Positions 1 through 13,249 of a stretch of DNA of 64,000 bases are shown piece after piece. The translations under genes were made by a program, and so were the position numbers. Source of the stretch: Squalus acanthias (Eukaryota). The notes under the pieces are model-generated. The model saw only the letters and a list, made by a program, of their open reading frames with translations, did not search any database and was not told the origin of the DNA. The stretch lies in contig JASTWF010000355.1 of the NCBI GenBank assembly GCA_030390025.1, positions 310,001 to 374,000 of the forward strand, in the 5' to 3' direction. Every line of letters begins with the position of its first letter. Position 1 is the stretch's first letter.

Positions 1-1882
1 AGACTCAGATACACACTGGTCCTGTTGATGGACCGGGGAGAAATGTCAGAGAGTCCCATTGACTCAGATACACACTGGTACTGGAGATGGACTGGGGAGA
101 AAAATCAGTGAGTACAATTGACTCAGCTACACACTGTTCCTGGAGATGGACCGGGGAGAAAGGTCAAAGTGATTCCCATTGACTCAGATACACACTGGTC
201 CTGGAGATGGTCCGGGGAGAAAGGTCAGAGAGAGTCCCATTGACACAGATACACACTGGACCTGGAGATGGGCTGCGGATAAAGGTCAGAGGGAGAGTCC
301 CATTGACTCAGATACCCACTTGTCCTGGGGATGGACCGGGGAGAAAGGTCAGAGAGTCCCATTGACTCAGATGCACACTGGTCCTGGAGATGGACTGGGG
401 AGAACGGACAGGGTGAGGCCCATTTACTCAGATAAACACTGGTCCTGGAGATGGACAAGGGAGAAATGTCAGAGACAGTCCCATTTACTCAGATACACAT
501 TGGTCCTGGAGATGGACTGGGGAGAATGTTGAGAGAGTGTCCCATTGAGTCAGATACACACTGGTCCTGGAGATGGATCGGGGAGAAAGGTCAGAGAGTC
601 CCATTGACTCAGATACACACTGGTCCTGGAGATGGGCTGGGGAGAAAGTTCGGAGAGAGTCCCATTGACTCAGATACACACTGGTCCTGGTGATGGATCG
701 GGGAGAAATGTCAGAGAGTCCCATTGACTCAGATACAAACTGGTACTGGAGATGGACTGGTGAGAATGGTCAGTGAGAGTCCCATTGACTCAGATACACA
801 CTGGTCCTGGAGATGGACCGGGCAGAAAGATCAGAGAATCCCATTGACTCAGATACACACTGGTCCTGGAGATGGACTGGGGAGAAAGGTCAGGGAGAGA
901 CCCATTGACTCAGATAAACACTGGTCCTGGAGATGGACTGGGGAGAAATGTCATAGAGAGTCCCAGTGACTCAGATACACACTGGTCCTGGAGATGGACT
1001 GGGGAGAAAGATCAGAGAGATTCCCATTGACTCAGATACACACTGGTACTGGAGGTGGACTGGGGAGAAAATCAGTGAGTACAATTGACTCAGCTACACA
1101 CTGTTCCTGAAGATGGACCGGGGAGAAAGGTCAGAGAGTCCCATTGACACAGATACACACTGGTCCCAGTGATGGACTTTGGAGAAACGTCAGAGAGAGT
1201 CCCATTGACTGAGATACACACTGGTCCTGGAGATGGACCGGGAGGAAAGGTCAGAGAGAGTCCCATTGACTCAGATACACACCGGTCCTGGAGATGGACT
1301 GATGAGAACGGTCAGAGAGAGCCCCATTGACTCAGATACACACTGATCCTGGAGATGGACTGCGGAGAAAGGTCAGAGAGTGTCCCATTCAGACAGATAC
1401 ACACTGGTCCTGGAGATGGACCGGGGAGAAAGGTCACAGAGAGTCTCATTGACTCAGATACACACTGGTCCTGGAGATGGACTGGGAGAAAGGTCAGGGA
1501 GTATCCTATTGACTCAGATACACACTGGCCGTGGAGATGGACCGGGGAGAAATGTCAGAGATAATCCCATTGAGTCAGATACAAACTTTCCTGGAGATAG
1601 ACTGGGAGAAAGGTCAGAGAGAGTCCCATTTACTCAGATACACACTGGTCCTGGAGATGGACTGGGGAGCAAGGTCAGAGAGAGTCCCATTGACTCAGAT
1701 ACACAGTGGTCTTGGAGATGGACAGGGAAGAAAGGACAAAGAGAGTCCCATTGACTCAGATACACACTGGTCCTGGAGATGGACAGGGGTGAAAGGTCAG
1801 AGAGTCTCATTGACTCAGATACACACCGGTCCTGGAGATGGAATGTGCAGAAAGTCAGAGCGAGAGTCCCATTGACTCAGAT
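1..1882. repeat. Minisatellite, ~59-62 bp unit, ~31 copies, runs off window start
   Basis: Repeated unit CCCATTGACTCAGATACACACTGGTCCTGGAGATGGACYGGGGAGAAAGGTCAGAGAGT; ORFs over it are periodic translations. Confidence 0.97.
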
Positions 1883-4320
1883 GATGTCCCCACACTATTA
1901 CTGCTAATTTGGTTTGCACAGTCTATATGTAGCTTAAAATCCCCCATGATTAAGATATAACCCTTGCTACATGCACCTCTAGTTTTCTGATTTTTACTCT
2001 GCCCTACATTACAAATACAATTTGGAGGCCTATAAACATCTCCAACCAATGTTTTCTGCCCCTTGCTGTTTTTTCTCTCCACCCAAACTGATTATTTTAC
2101 TTGATTTTCGGAGCTAAGATCCTTTTCCTTTACTGTCTTTATCCCATCCTTTATCGATAAGGAGACCAAAGCTGTGCATTGTACTCCGGGTGTGGTCTCA
2201 CCAAAGCCCTGTACAATTGTAGCAAGACTTCCTTACTGTTGTACTCCAACCCACTTGTAATAAAGTCCAACATGCCATTCGCCTTCCCAATTGCTTGCTG
2301 TACCTGCATGCTAAATTTGTTTCCTGTACGGGAACACCTAAATCTCTCTGAACACCAACATTTATTATTTTTTCACCATTTAAAAAAGGCTCTGTTTTTC
2401 TAATCTTCCTACTAAAGTGAATAACCACACATTTCCCCACATTATATTACATCTGTCACCTTATTGCCCACACACATCACCTTCCCATATCCCTTTGCAG
2501 GCTCTTTGTGTCCTCCTCATAGCTTACTTTCCCACCTACTTTTGTATCAGCAGCAAACCTGGAAACATTGCACTCGGTCCGTTGATCTAAGTCATTAATA
2601 TAGATTGTAAATAGCAGAGGCCCAAGCACTGATCCTTGTGGCACCCCACTAGCCTGCCAAGCTGAAAATGTCCTGTTTATCCCTACTCACTGTTTTCTGT
2701 CAGTTGACCAATCCTCCATCGATGCTAATAGTCATAACGGCACAGAAGGAGGCCATTCGGCCCATCGAGTACGCGCCGGCTCTCTAGAGCAATCCAACCA
2801 GTCCCATTCCCCAGCTCTATCCCCGTAGCCCTGCAAGTTTATTTCCCTCAAGTGCCTATCCAGTCTCCGCTTGAAAATATTGAGTGTCTCCACTTCTAGC
2901 ACTTCTGTTGGCAGAGTGTTTCAGGTCCTCGCCACTCGCTGCGTAAATTTTTCTTTCCTCACTTCCCCCCTGTACATCTTGTCCAAAACCTTAAATCTGT
3001 GTCCCCTAGTCCGTGTACCATCCATTAGGGGGAACAGCCTTTCCCGGTCTAGCCTATCCAAACCAATCATAATCTTGTACACCTCTATCAAATCACCCCT
3101 TTCCTCCTTTGCTCTAAAGAAAAGAAATCCAGCTTCTCCAACCTGTCCTTGTAGCTCATTAAAACCTTCCACTTTGACCAAGCTTTTAGTCACCTGTCCT
3201 AATTTATCCTTCTAAGGCTCAATGTCAAAATTGTTTGTCTTAAAATACTCCTGTGAAGCGCCTTGGGACGTTTTACTACGGTAAAGGCGCTATTTAAATA
3301 CAAGTTATTGTTGTTGTACATCTGTGGCTCTATAGAATCATAGAATGGTTACAGCACAGGAGGAGGCCATACAGCCCGTCGAACCCGTGCCGGCTCCCTT
3401 CAAGAGCACTTCAGCAAGTCCCACTCCCCCGCCCTTTCCCCAGAGCACTGCATTTTTTTTCCTTCGGGTACTTATCCATTTCCCTTTTGATATACTCCAC
3501 ACCCCTCACTGTAACACACTGATATACCCCATGAGCCCGTATCTTGCATAGCAGCCTTTTATGTGTCACCTTATCAAATGTCTTTTGGCAATCCAAACAT
3601 ACTGCATCCACTGGTTCCCCTTTATCTACCCAGCTAGCTGCATCCTCATAAAATACTTATAAATTGGTTAAGCATGATTCCACTTTCATAAAACCATGTT
3701 GACTCTGCCTGATCATAATTAGATTTTCTAAGTGCCCCCTTAATAATGGAGTCCAGCATTTTCCTGATGTCGGGCTCACTGGCCTGTAGTTCCCTGCTTT
3801 CTCTCTTCCCCCTTTCTTGAATAGCGGGGTTACATTTTCTACCTTCCAATCTGCTGGGACTGTTCCAGAATCTAGGGAATTTTGGAAGATCACAACTAAT
3901 GCATCCACTATCTCTGCAGCCACCTCTTTTAGAACCCTAGGATGTAGGCCGTCAGGTCCAGGGGATTTGTCGGCTTTTAGGCCCATTAGTATCTCAAATA
4001 TTTTTTTCTCTAAGGAACTTAAAGTAATTAATATCAGTAATTTCATTAGTCCCTTGGCTCCCTGCTATTTTTGGTACGCTATTTGTGTCTTCTACAGTGA
4101 AGACAGATAAAAAAATATTTGTTTATGTCTCTGCCATTTCCTTATTTCCCATTATAATTTCTCCTGTCTCAGCCTCTAAGGGACCAATGCTTACTTTCGA
4201 CACCCTCTTCATGTTTACATACTTTTAGAAGCTCCTGCAATGTTTTAAATGTTTCTTGCTAGTATACTCTCATTCGATTTTCTCCCTTTTTATCAATTTT
4301 TGGTCATCCTTTGCTGGTCA
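1883..4320 (-). mobile_element. Cluster of decayed CR1 LINE fragments (APE, RT, two 3' ends) plus a short + strand L2-type 3' tail (~3165-3315)
   Basis: Minus ORFs LVGDVYRPPN..ILIMGDF (APE), KADKSPGPDGLHPRVLKE..NYRPVS (RT), RGHRFKV..FTQRV (C-terminus); tail CTGTGAAGCGCCTTGGGACG..AAAGGCGCTATTTAAATACAAGTTATTGTTGTTGT. Confidence 0.85.
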
Positions 4321-5035
4321 ACAGAATTCAACTTCCAAATACAATTTCACACGCTAAAGGTCTGCTTCTGTGAATAGCATTCAAGTACATTTATCGTTTA
4401 TTACACGCTTAGGAACAAAGAGTCAGAGGTCGATACCATAGAAACTTGGAACCAGACAGCACAGAATGATGCCATTCAGCACAACGTGCCTGTACCGGCT
4501 CTTTGAAAGAGCAATCCACTGTGTCCCACTCCCGTGCTCTGTCCCCAGAGCACTGCTAATGTTCTCCTCTTCATGTATTTAACTAATTCAGGTTTAAAAG
4601 TTACGATTACCTCTGCTCCCAACACTCTTTCAGACATTGCATTCCAGATCATCACAACTCGATGCCTAAAAACAATCTCCTCATCTCACCTCTGGCTCTT
4701 TTGTCAATTACATTCAATCTGTGTCCTCTGTTTACCGACCTTTCTGTCAGTGGATACAGTTGCTCCTTATTTACTCTATGGAAACACCTTCATGATTTTG
4801 AACACCTCTATTAAATCTCCCATTAATATTTTCTGCTCTAAAGAGAACAATTCCAGCTCCTCTAGTGTCTCAATGTAGCTGAAGTCCCTCATCTCTGTTA
4901 CCATTCTTTTGAATCTCCTCTCCACCCTCTACAAGGCCTTGTTATCCTTCCAAAAGTGCGGTGCCCAGAATTGGACACAATGCTCCAGCTGAGGCCTAAA
5001 CAGTGTTTGATAACATCGTTGTGTTTGTACTCTAT

Positions 5036-5830
5036 GGGCAAAACTGTGGCAGATGGAGCTCAATGTGTGAAAGTGTGAGGCAATTCCCTTTGGATCTTAA
5101 AAAGAGAGATCAGAATATTTTACAAATCGTGAGGAGCTTGGAACCGTGGATGAGCAGAGAATTAGAGGTCCAAGTATAGACATTACTACAAGCTAGTGGA
5201 ATAAGTTAAAAGGCTAATGAAATGTTAGGCTTTATCTCGGGACGGCTGGAATACAAAAGTTATGGTACAGCTGTACAGAGCTCTGGTTAGAATAGATTTC
5301 AAGTATTGTTACATTCTGGGCACCGCACCTCAGGAAGGATATCTTGGCTTTGGTGGTCGTGCAGCTCAGAGTTAAAAGAGTTAAATTATGAGGACTGATT
5401 GCATAGACAAAGCTTGTATTCCCTTGAATATTAAGTGTTAAGGGGTGATCTAATTGAGGTATTGAAGATGATCAATGTAATTGATAAGATAAAAAGAGAT
5501 AAACTGTTTCTTCTGATGTAGGAGTCCAGTACAAGGGGCCATAACATTAAAAGCAGAGCTAGGTCGTTCAGTGTTGATGTTAGCAAGCATTTCTTCACAC
5601 AAAGGGTAGTGGAAATCTAGAACACTCGCACTTAACAGCTGTTGAGTCTGGGTTCAAATGAAAATGTCAAAACTGTGATTGATAGATTTATGTTGGGCAA
5701 TGGTATTTAGGCATATGGAACCAAGGCGGGTAAATGGAGTTAAGATAAAGATCAGCCATGATTGAATTGAATTGCAGAACAGGCTTGAGCCAATGAATAG
5801 CCTACTTTTCCTACGTTCCTATATTCCTAT
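5036..5830 (+). mobile_element. 5'-truncated CR1 LINE 3' fragment
   Basis: Decayed ORF2 C-terminus ending in a TTCCTAY microsatellite tail. Confidence 0.8.
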
Positions 5831-5895
5831 GTCTCTTTTTATAAAAATGAGAAGCCGCACAACACCAGGTTATAGTCCAACAGATTTATTAAATT

Positions 5896-5934
5896 TTACA
5901 AGCTTTCGAAGCAGTTTGCTCCTTCGTCAGGTAA
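5896..5934 (-). ncRNA. Minimal hammerhead ribozyme motif (PLE family A)
   Basis: Reverse complement of 7522-7560. Confidence 0.75.
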
Positions 5935-6913
5935 GTTAGCAATGAGAGAATCTCCCAGAATTCACAATTTAACCCCAGACAAAATCTATTCACATTATTC
6001 CCTACAACAAAGAGCACAGCCAAGACAATGAGATGTGTCCCAGGGGGTCCAACATGTCAAACCACCTGCTGGCTGCATATCCTGTCAATTTGTGTTCTTG
6101 TGTTAAGTCTTTTTAAAAAAAAAACCCTGGCAAGTCCGGCCATGATGTTAAGTCACGTTCTGTATCCTGACATGAACCCGATATCGCGATTGAGGCCATC
6201 CTCATGAGTGCGGAACTTGGCTATCAGTTTCTGCTCTATGATTTTGCGCTGTCGTGTATCTCGAAGGCCGCCTTGGAGAACGCTTACCCGCAGATCCGAG
6301 GCTGAATGCCCCTGGCTGCTGAACTGTTCCCCGACTGGGAGGCAACCCTCCTGCCTGGCGATTGTTGTGCGGTGTCCGTTCATACGTTGTCTCAGTGTCT
6401 GCATGGTCTCGCCGATGTACCATGCTCTGGAGCATCCTTTACTGCAACGTATCAGGTAGACAACGTTGGCCGAGTCACATGATTATGTACCGTGTACCTG
6501 GTGGGTAGTGTCCTCACGTGTAATGATGGTATCTATGGACACTGAAAGACGCCCTAGTAAGAACGGGATATGACGCTCGACTCGTCGATCGACAGTTCCG
6601 ACGGGCCACAGCGAAAAACCGCATAGACCTCCTCAGAAGACGAACACGGGACACAACCAACAGAGTACCCTACGTCGTCCAGTGCTTCCCCGGAGCGGAA
6701 AAACTACGCCATGTTCTTCGCAGCCTTCATCATGTCATCGATGACGACGAACACCTTGCTAAGGCCATCCCCACGCCTCCACTACTCGCCTTCAAGCAGC
6801 CGCCTAACCTAAAAAGTACCATCGTTCGCAGCATATTACCCATCTTTCAGGAGAACAGCAACCAAGACACCACACAACCCTGCCACGGCAACCTCTGCAA
6901 GACATGCCAAATC

Positions 6914-7303
6914 ATGGACACAGATACCATCATTACACGTGAGGACACTACCCACCAGGTACACGGTACATACTCATGTGACTCGGCCAACGTTGTCTAC
7001 CTGATACGTTGCAGTAAAGGATGCTCCAGAGCATGGTACATTGGCGATACCATGCAGACACTGAGACAACGTATGAACGGACACCGCGCAACAATCGCCA
7101 GGCAGGAGGGTTGCCTCCCAGTCGGGGAACACTTCAGCAGCCAGGGGCATTCAGCCTCGGATCTGCGGGTAAGCGTTCTCCAAGGCGGCCTTCGAGTTAC
7201 ACGACAGCGCAAAATCATAGAGCAGAAATTGATAGCCAAGTTCCGCACTCATGAGGATGGCCTCAATCGCGATATCGGGTTCATGTCACGATACAGAACG
7301 TGA
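6914..7303 (+). pseudogene. PLE GIY-YIG endonuclease domain (5'-truncated element ORF)
   Basis: NVVYLIRCSKGCSRAWYIGDT..LRQRMNGHR..R..E..I..GLN, preceded by Cys-rich linker PCHGNLCKTC. Confidence 0.9.
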
Positions 7304-7521
7304 CTTGACATCATGGCCGGTCTTCCCAGGGTTTTTTTTTTTAAAAGACTTAACACAAGAACACAAATTGACAGGATATGCAGCCAGCAGGTGGTTTGAC
7401 ACGTTGGACCCCCTGGGACACATCTCATTGTCTTGGCCGTGCTCTTTGTTGTAGGGAATAATGTGAATAGATTTTGTCTGGGTTTAAATTGTGAATTCTG
7501 GGAGATTCTCTCATTGCTAAC

Positions 7522-7560
7522 TTACCTGACGAAGGAGCAAACTGCTTCGAAAGCTTGTAA
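7522..7560 (+). ncRNA. Minimal hammerhead ribozyme motif (PLE family A)
   Basis: TTAC-CTGACGA-A-GGAGC(aaact)GCTTC-GAA-AGCT-T-GTAA: stem I, core, stem II, palindromic stem III. Confidence 0.78.
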
Positions 7561-9409
7561 AATTAAATAAATCTGTTGGACTATAACCTGGTGTTGTGCG
7601 ACTTCTCATTTTTGTCCACCCCAGTCCAACGCCGGCATCTCCACATCATGACCTCTATTTATAAAGCCAGTGATCCCATAGGCTTTTCTAAAAGCTTTAT
7701 GAACTTGTCCTGCCACCTTCAATGATTTCTGGATGTATGCCCCCATGTTTGTCTGTTCTTGCACCTCCTTTACTCTTGTGCTTTTTATTTTATATCGCAT
7801 CTCCTCATTCTTTCTCCCAAAATGCATCACTTCATATTTCTCTGCATTAAATTTAACCTGCAATATGTCTGTGCATTTCACCAGACGGTTTATGTCCTAC
7901 TGACCTCTTCCATTATCCTCCTCAGGGTTTACCACTTTTCCGAGTTTTGTGTTATCTGCAAACTATGAAATGATTGCTTGTACACCCAAGTCCAGGTCAT
8001 TAATATTAATTAAAACGAGCAATGCTCGTAATAGCGACCCCTGGCGATACCACTATAACTTCTCTCCAGTCTGAAAAACCTCGCTTCACCACAACCACCT
8101 GCTTTCTGTCCCTTCCCTAATTTAGTATCCACGCTAACATTGCAGCTTTAATGTCATTGGCTTCAATTTTGACAACAAGTCTATTATGAGGTACTTTGTC
8201 AAAATTCTTCTAAAGTTCCATATACACAACATCAACTGTACAAACTTCAACAGTCCGCTCCCTTATTTCATCAAAGAAATTAAACAAGTCAGACTCGATT
8301 TGCTTTTAAGCAATCTGTTCTGGATGTAATTTATTAACCCATGTTGTTCCAAGTGACAATTGGCTATTGTCTCAATGATTTATCTCAAGAAGTTTCCTGA
8401 TTCGCTAGACTAATTCGCCTGTAGTTCATTGGTTTCCCACACGCCCCATTTTTAAACAAGGGGGTAACATTTGCAAATCTCCAGTCCTGTGGCACCACTC
8501 CCTTATTCAAGGAAGATTCAATGATTGTGACCAGAGCTTTACTTCTCTCAGCAACCCAGGATGCATCCCATCCAGACCAGTGACTTTTCCACTTTGAGCG
8601 CTGTCAACTGTTTTAGTACATCCTCTTGGTCTATTTATATCCTGTCTAATTTCACTACCACCTTCTCCTTTACTGTAACATTGGCAGCATCCTCTTCTTT
8701 AGTGAAGGCAGATGCAAAGTACTCATTTGGTACCTCAGCCATGCTCACTGCATCCACAAGAAGATTGCCCTTTTGGTCCTTAATCATCGCACCTTTCCGT
8801 TGACTGTCCTTTTAGGCTTTATATGTTTAAGAAAGATTTTAATGTTCCCTGTTATATTTTTACTTATCTTTTCTCATTTTTTCCGTGGCCCTTTTAGTTT
8901 GTTTTTGATTTCTCCTCTGTACTTTCTGTATTCAGCTTGATTCCCTCCTGTGCTGTTGTTGTTGTGTGTTTATTATACAAGTGTCTGCGTGTGTGAAACA
9001 GCAGAACACTCAATCTTACAAGGTCTCAAATTTGGTTTTAACTTAATGCCGGCGAATAACATCAACTAAAGTTTGTAGAAATTACTGAGCGGAGACTGAA
9101 TCGCCTTTACATTTCCCCAGTGGGGGAAGGAAAGGACGCTGACTGAGGTTTTTAGACGCACGTGCGTGGACACACACAGCGAGACACGCGCACAAGTGAA
9201 GAATATTCTCTGTAAAACAGCAGTCAGATCGAACCAGTTATGTATTTAAGACGTTTCCAGATATTGTAAGACCCCTAAAGATAATCCAAACAAACAAGTT
9301 GGTCGTCACCAATCTGCTTAAAGTTACACAACTGATAACATTGTACATTAGTGTTAATATAAGTGGAGCAGTGGTGAATGTCCTCACCTCCTACAGTGCG
9401 CATCAGTCA

Positions 9410-10055
9410 AGTGTTGACACCATGAGGGATGTACTCGGCTTTATTACAAGAGGAATAACGAATAAAAGCAAGGCAGTTATGTTAAACTATTACAAAAGAC
9501 TGGTTAGGCCTCAGCTGGAATATGGTTTTCAATTCTGGGTACCACATTTTACAAAGGATGTCAAGGCCTTGGAGATGGTGCAGAAGATATTTCAGAGAAT
9601 TGTACCAAGGATGAGGGACTTCAGTTATGGGGACAGACTGGTTTGTTCTCTTCAGAGCAGAGTTGGTGAAACGAAGATTTTATAGAACTGTTCAAAATCA
9701 TGAATGGTTTTGATGAGTAAATAAGGAGAAACTGTTTCCATTGTAGAATGGTCGGTAACCAGACAACGCAGATTTAAAGTGAGTGGGAAAGAGCCACAGG
9801 CGACGTGAGATAACATTCTGTCACACAGCGAGTTAGTGTGATTTGGAATGCATTTCCCGAAAGGGTGGTGGAAGCAGATTCTTTTGTAACATTCAAAAGA
9901 GAATTGGATAAATACTTCTAAGAGAAAACATGTACAGGGCTATGAGGATAGAGAGGGACAGAGGTCATAACGGGGTTGCTCTTCCAAAGAGCCGGCACAG
10001 GCACGAGGGGCCGAATGACCTCCTTCTGTGCTGTATCACATTATGATTCTATGAT
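9410..10055 (+). mobile_element. CR1 LINE 3' fragment
   Basis: LGFITRGI..LVRPQLEYGFQFWVPH; ends ATGATTCTATGA. Confidence 0.85.
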
Positions 10056-10699
10056 GCAGCCTCGCCTAGTCAATGGAGGTGCATGATGAGGCGATCTCAG
10101 CGCAGATATTTCAATCCACCGGCAACTCCCAAGAAGCAGATATTGAAACAATCAAATCTGCCTCTGTCGCTACAATAATCGGTTACTATGCACCAGCAGC
10201 ATCATAGGTTCAATATTGGCCGACAATATAGGTGTGGATAGAAAGACGAAAGTTAACCCATTGCTGGAGATTTGCAATCTGCAATCGGAGAGCGAGGAAA
10301 CGAAGCGCACGAGGATCAGTTTTATGGGATGGACAATGGAGGCCAGGAACCTGGAAAATAATACCAGTTGAAACCATATCGACTGCTGTGGGAAGGTGAA
10401 TGATGGACAAGGAAAGGTGACACACCATGGTCACAGTCACAGAGATTGTAGTTTGTGACAGTTAAGGGCAGATTAGAGTTACATATAAACTGCAGCAGAG
10501 AAACAGTCCATTCGGCTCAAGTGGTCTATGCTGTGTTTATACTGCACGGGAGCCTCCTCCCTCTCTAATTACATCTTGACACCGTATCCACATATACGTT
10601 CGATGCGTTACACTTGCGACACCAATATTAAATAACATTCAGAACGCCAGAGCACCCATCCTCCTGGAATGAATTTAGCGAGTTTGTCGCACTCCCCTC

Positions 10700-11477
10700 A
10701 CTACAGAAAAAGATGAGGTCATTCAAGTTGGAGCTAAAAAGGATAGATCAGCGAATTTTCTAATGGTTAGAAGTTAGGAACTATGGATGAGCAGAGAGAA
10801 CTAGGGATCCAAGTACAGAAATCACTAGAAGCTAGTTGATACCAAAAACAAGTAAAACTCTAAAGGAATGTGGGCTTTATCTCGAGGGCTGGAATACAAA
10901 GTGGTAGAAGTTCTGTTCCAGCTGTGCAGAGCTCTGGTTAGACCCATTTAGAGAACCGCACCTCGGCAACAATATCTTGGCTTTGGAGATGGTGCAGCTC
11001 AGATTCACCAGAACGATACTGGGGCTAAAAGCTTTAAATTATGAGGATTGATTTCATTGACGAAGCTTTTATTCCCTTGATTATACAAAGTTAAGGGGTG
11101 ATCTAATTGAGGTGCTTAAGATGATCAAAGGAATTGCTAGCACAGAAAGAGTTAAACTATGTCATTTGTTGGGCTAGTCCAGAAATGGGGGGCATAACCT
11201 TAAACGCAGAGCGAGGCCGTTCAGGGGTGATGTTAGAAAGCATTTCTTCAGACACAGTGTAGTGGAAATCTGGAACACTCGCCCTCAAAAAGCTGTTGAG
11301 TTTCGGTCAATTGAAAATGACAAAACAGTCATTGATAGATTTATGTTAGGCAATGGTATTTAGGGTCATGGAACCAAGGTGGGGAGATGGAGTTAAGATA
11401 CAGCTCGGCCATGATCGAATTGAATTGACGAACAAGCTGGAACGAATGAGTGGCCTACTCCTGTTCCTATGTTCCTG
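10700..11477 (+). mobile_element. CR1 3' fragment, paralogous to 5036-5830
   Basis: Colinear similarity; ends CCTACTCCTGTTCCTATGTTCCT. Confidence 0.8.
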
Positions 11478-12675
11478 CGCCTCTATTAATAAAGCCAATG
11501 CTCCCATATACGTTTCTAAAAGCCTTATTGTCCTGTCCTGCCACCGTCAAAGATTTCTGTATCTACACCCCACGTTTTACTGTTCCTGCAACCCCTTTAA
11601 ATTGTACCAGTTGGTTTAAATTGCATCGCCTCAATCTTCCTTCCAAAATGCAGCATTTCACACTTCTCTGCATTAAATTTCACCTGCCGTGTGTCTGTCC
11701 ATTTCACCAGTGTCTCTATTTCCTCCTGAAGTCTTCTGCTATCCTCTTCACGGTTTACGACTTTTCTGAGATTCGTGTCACCGACAAACTTTTAACTTAT
11801 GCACTGTATACCTAAGTCCATGTCACTGAAATATATCAAAAAGAGCAGTGGTCCTAATACCGACCCCTGGGAACACAGTTTACTTCCCTCCAATATAGGC
11901 TCACAACTACTGTCTGTTTTCTGTCCCTTCGCCAATTTAGTATCCACGCTGCCACTGCTCCTTTAATATCATTGGCTTCAAATTTGTTAACCAGTCAATT
12001 ATGAGGTACTTTATCAAACGCCTTCTGAAAGTCCATATACAGAACATCAACTGCACTACCTTCATCAACCGTCTGCTATTTCATCGATTAGCTCATTCAA
12101 GTCAGCCAGATTGGATTTGCCTTTTAAAAAAAATCAATTTTGACTGTCGCTAATTAACCCATGTTCTTCCAAGTGACAGTTAATTTTGTTTCGGAAATTT
12201 TGTCCCGAGGAGTTTCCTCAACACCGATGTTAAGCTTAGTCGCCTGTATCTTTTGGTTCATTACTCTCTCCTTTTTTGAACAGGGAAGTAAGGTTTGCAA
12301 CCCTCCCGTCCTCTGGCACCTTTCCCATATCCAAGGATTGGAAGATTGAGGCAGATCGGGTGACATTTCTAATTTGAGCCCTGTCAACCGTTTTAGTACA
12401 TCGTCCTAATCGATTTATATCCTGTCCAATTTCTCTACCACCTCCTCCTTTACTGTCCGATTGGCAGCATCCTCTCCTTTAGTGAATGCGGATTCAAAAT
12501 GTGAATTTAGTACCTCAGCCATGTCCTCTGCTTCCACAAGATGATTGCCTTTTTGGTCCTTAATCGGCCCCACCTTTCCTTTGGCTAATCTTTCACGCTT
12601 TACATGTTTATAAAATGCGTTAGTGTTCCCTATTATGTTACCACTAATCATTTCTCATACATTCTCCTTGCCTCT
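11478..12675 (-). mobile_element. CR1 RT-region fragment, paralogous to 7653-8950
   Basis: Minus ORF AFYKHVKRERLAKGKVGPIKD..AEVLNSHFESAFT. Confidence 0.8.
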
Positions 12676-13084
12676 CTGTTGCTTTTGTGTGTGTATTACA
12701 CTAATGGCAGCGTTAGTGAAACAGCAACGTAATGAATTTTACAAAGTCTCAAACTGGTACTGAATTAACTGAATCGCTTTTACATTTCCACAGTGGGGAA
12801 AGGAGAGGACGCTGATTGATAGTTTCAATGGACGCACGTGCGCGGGCACACACACAAATGGACAATTATGATTGCAAAACTGCAGTCAAATCTACCACTT
12901 GTATATTCATGGTATTTTCTGAGATCCCAGAGCTGCCAGCTGCTGTACTGATGGGGGAGGAGGGACTGGATATCATATTTAACAAGGCAACGTTCTCCTT
13001 ATCATTTTAATATTTCCCTCGAACCCTCCCATTAATATTGTATTTGTTACAGAGCATCAGAGCCTGGGAACGCCTGTCACCACC

Positions 13085-13148
13085 ATGGCTGAAGGTCCAG
13101 ACAGGGGAGAAGATCCCACATCTGCAACAAGAATAAGAATGGACACAG
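13085..13148 (+). CDS. NLR gene coding exon 1 (MAEGPDRGEDPTSATRIRMDT)
   Basis: Kozak CACCATGG; acceptor TATTTGTTACAG ending 13052; donor AG|GTAGGC; phase 1 matches the next exon. Confidence 0.7.
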
Positions 13149-13249
13149 GTAGGCTCACAGAATTCTTTAAATACAATTTCTGTCCCGACAAAAGGTCCAG
13201 AACTAGTGCAAGAACCTGTAGCTCACACAGGTCGAGGCTGAGTACAAAG

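Larger units (their letters stand above)
5846..7652. mobile_element. Penelope-like retroelement (family A, Neptune-like) with inverted 3' copy; 13-bp TSD
   Basis: 5843-6534 is the reverse complement of 6922-7613; GIY-YIG ORF; TSD CTCTWTTTATAAA at 5833-5845 and 7653-7665. Confidence 0.92.
4435..8950 (-). mobile_element. Old CR1 LINE (3' end and RT region), interrupted by a + strand CR1 and a PLE
   Basis: CR1 3' end near 4435-5035; resumes at 7653 with VKFNAEKYEVMHFGRKN on the minus strand. Confidence 0.8.

Noticed and set aside
179..1875. Multiple ORFs with repeated peptides; CRISPR-like periodicity
   Set aside because: Translations of a minisatellite; no unique spacers, no cas genes, eukaryotic context
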